A DNA stretch of 64,000 bases. Origin: Octopus vulgaris. Its lineage: Eukaryota. A program made the position numbers and the translations under genes. Below, piece by piece: positions 63,595 through 64,000 of the stretch. The notes below the pieces were generated by a model. The model worked only from the letters and a program-made list of their open reading frames with translations, had not been told where the DNA came from and searched no databases. How positions within the stretch are numbered: the stretch's first letter is position 1; each line of letters opens with the position of its first letter. Where the stretch lies: assembly GCA_951406725.2 (NCBI GenBank), contig OX597831.1, positions 41,354,001 through 41,418,000 of the forward strand, written 5' to 3'.

Positions 63595-64000
63595 TTACTT
63601 TTTTACAGATATATTTTTATCAGTGAGAACACTTACATCTATTAGTCTACAAGCATTTTCTTCTTTGTCTTTAATGACTATATCTGGTCGATTAGCCAGG
63701 ATCGTTCTGTCAGTACTGACTGGAAAATCCCAGAGGATAGTGACATTTTTACCATCAACGACTAGCTCAGGTTGATGCCCCCTACCAGTAAGCAAGAGTG
63801 TTGATTTTGTAGTGTTTACACATTTTCCAATGTAAATATTGTCTTACTGTATCATGGCAATTTTTGTATTCATTTGGTGTCAGCACAGGACATCCTCAGA
63901 CAAGATTCTGTATTGTTGTGTCAAATTAATTGCAGAACCTGCATTTAGGGACAAAACTATTTTGAAGAACATTAACCCAGTAATTTTTGGTAAGCAAGCT
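63595..64000 (-). pseudogene. C-terminal zinc knuckle plus RLE endonuclease of an R4/Dong-type LINE
   Basis: HQPELVVDGKNVTILWDFPVSTDRTILANRPDIVIKDK..LIDVSV, preceded by CRFC..GCPVL..HDTV..YLHWKMC. Confidence 0.8.

Overview
AT-rich, repeat-dense animal genomic DNA, most likely a coleoid cephalopod (Octopus), judging from its tRNA/CORE and Meta-type SINE families and abundant (TA)n/(CA)n/(GA)n microsatellites. It is not prokaryotic, and nearly all listed ORFs are spurious or transposon-derived. The only host coding sequence I can support is a 30-nt first coding exon (MEAVRAFNNE|GTAAGG, minus strand, 34114-34143) of the SCAF4/SCAF8 orthologue. Its promoter lies at about 34.4-34.95 kb, and intron 1 apparently covers the whole left 34 kb because exon 2 was not found. 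The rest is transposon material: composite CORE-SINEs, Meta-type SINEs, RTE and RLE-type LINE relics, a Penelope RT with hammerhead-ribozyme-bearing pseudo-LTRs, a Helitron cluster, maT/mariner relics, piggyBac and hAT MITEs, and two Merlin-like MITE families. Most notable are the hammerhead motifs embedded in (TA)n arrays, a nested DNA-transposon island in a CpG-retaining domain (55.4-58.8 kb), a double near-perfect palindrome in the SCAF intron, closely spaced inverted repeats (candidate ADAR substrates), and a composition switch at the promoter suggesting an unannotated divergent transcript. All calls were made by eye. Repeat boundaries without TSDs are approximate.
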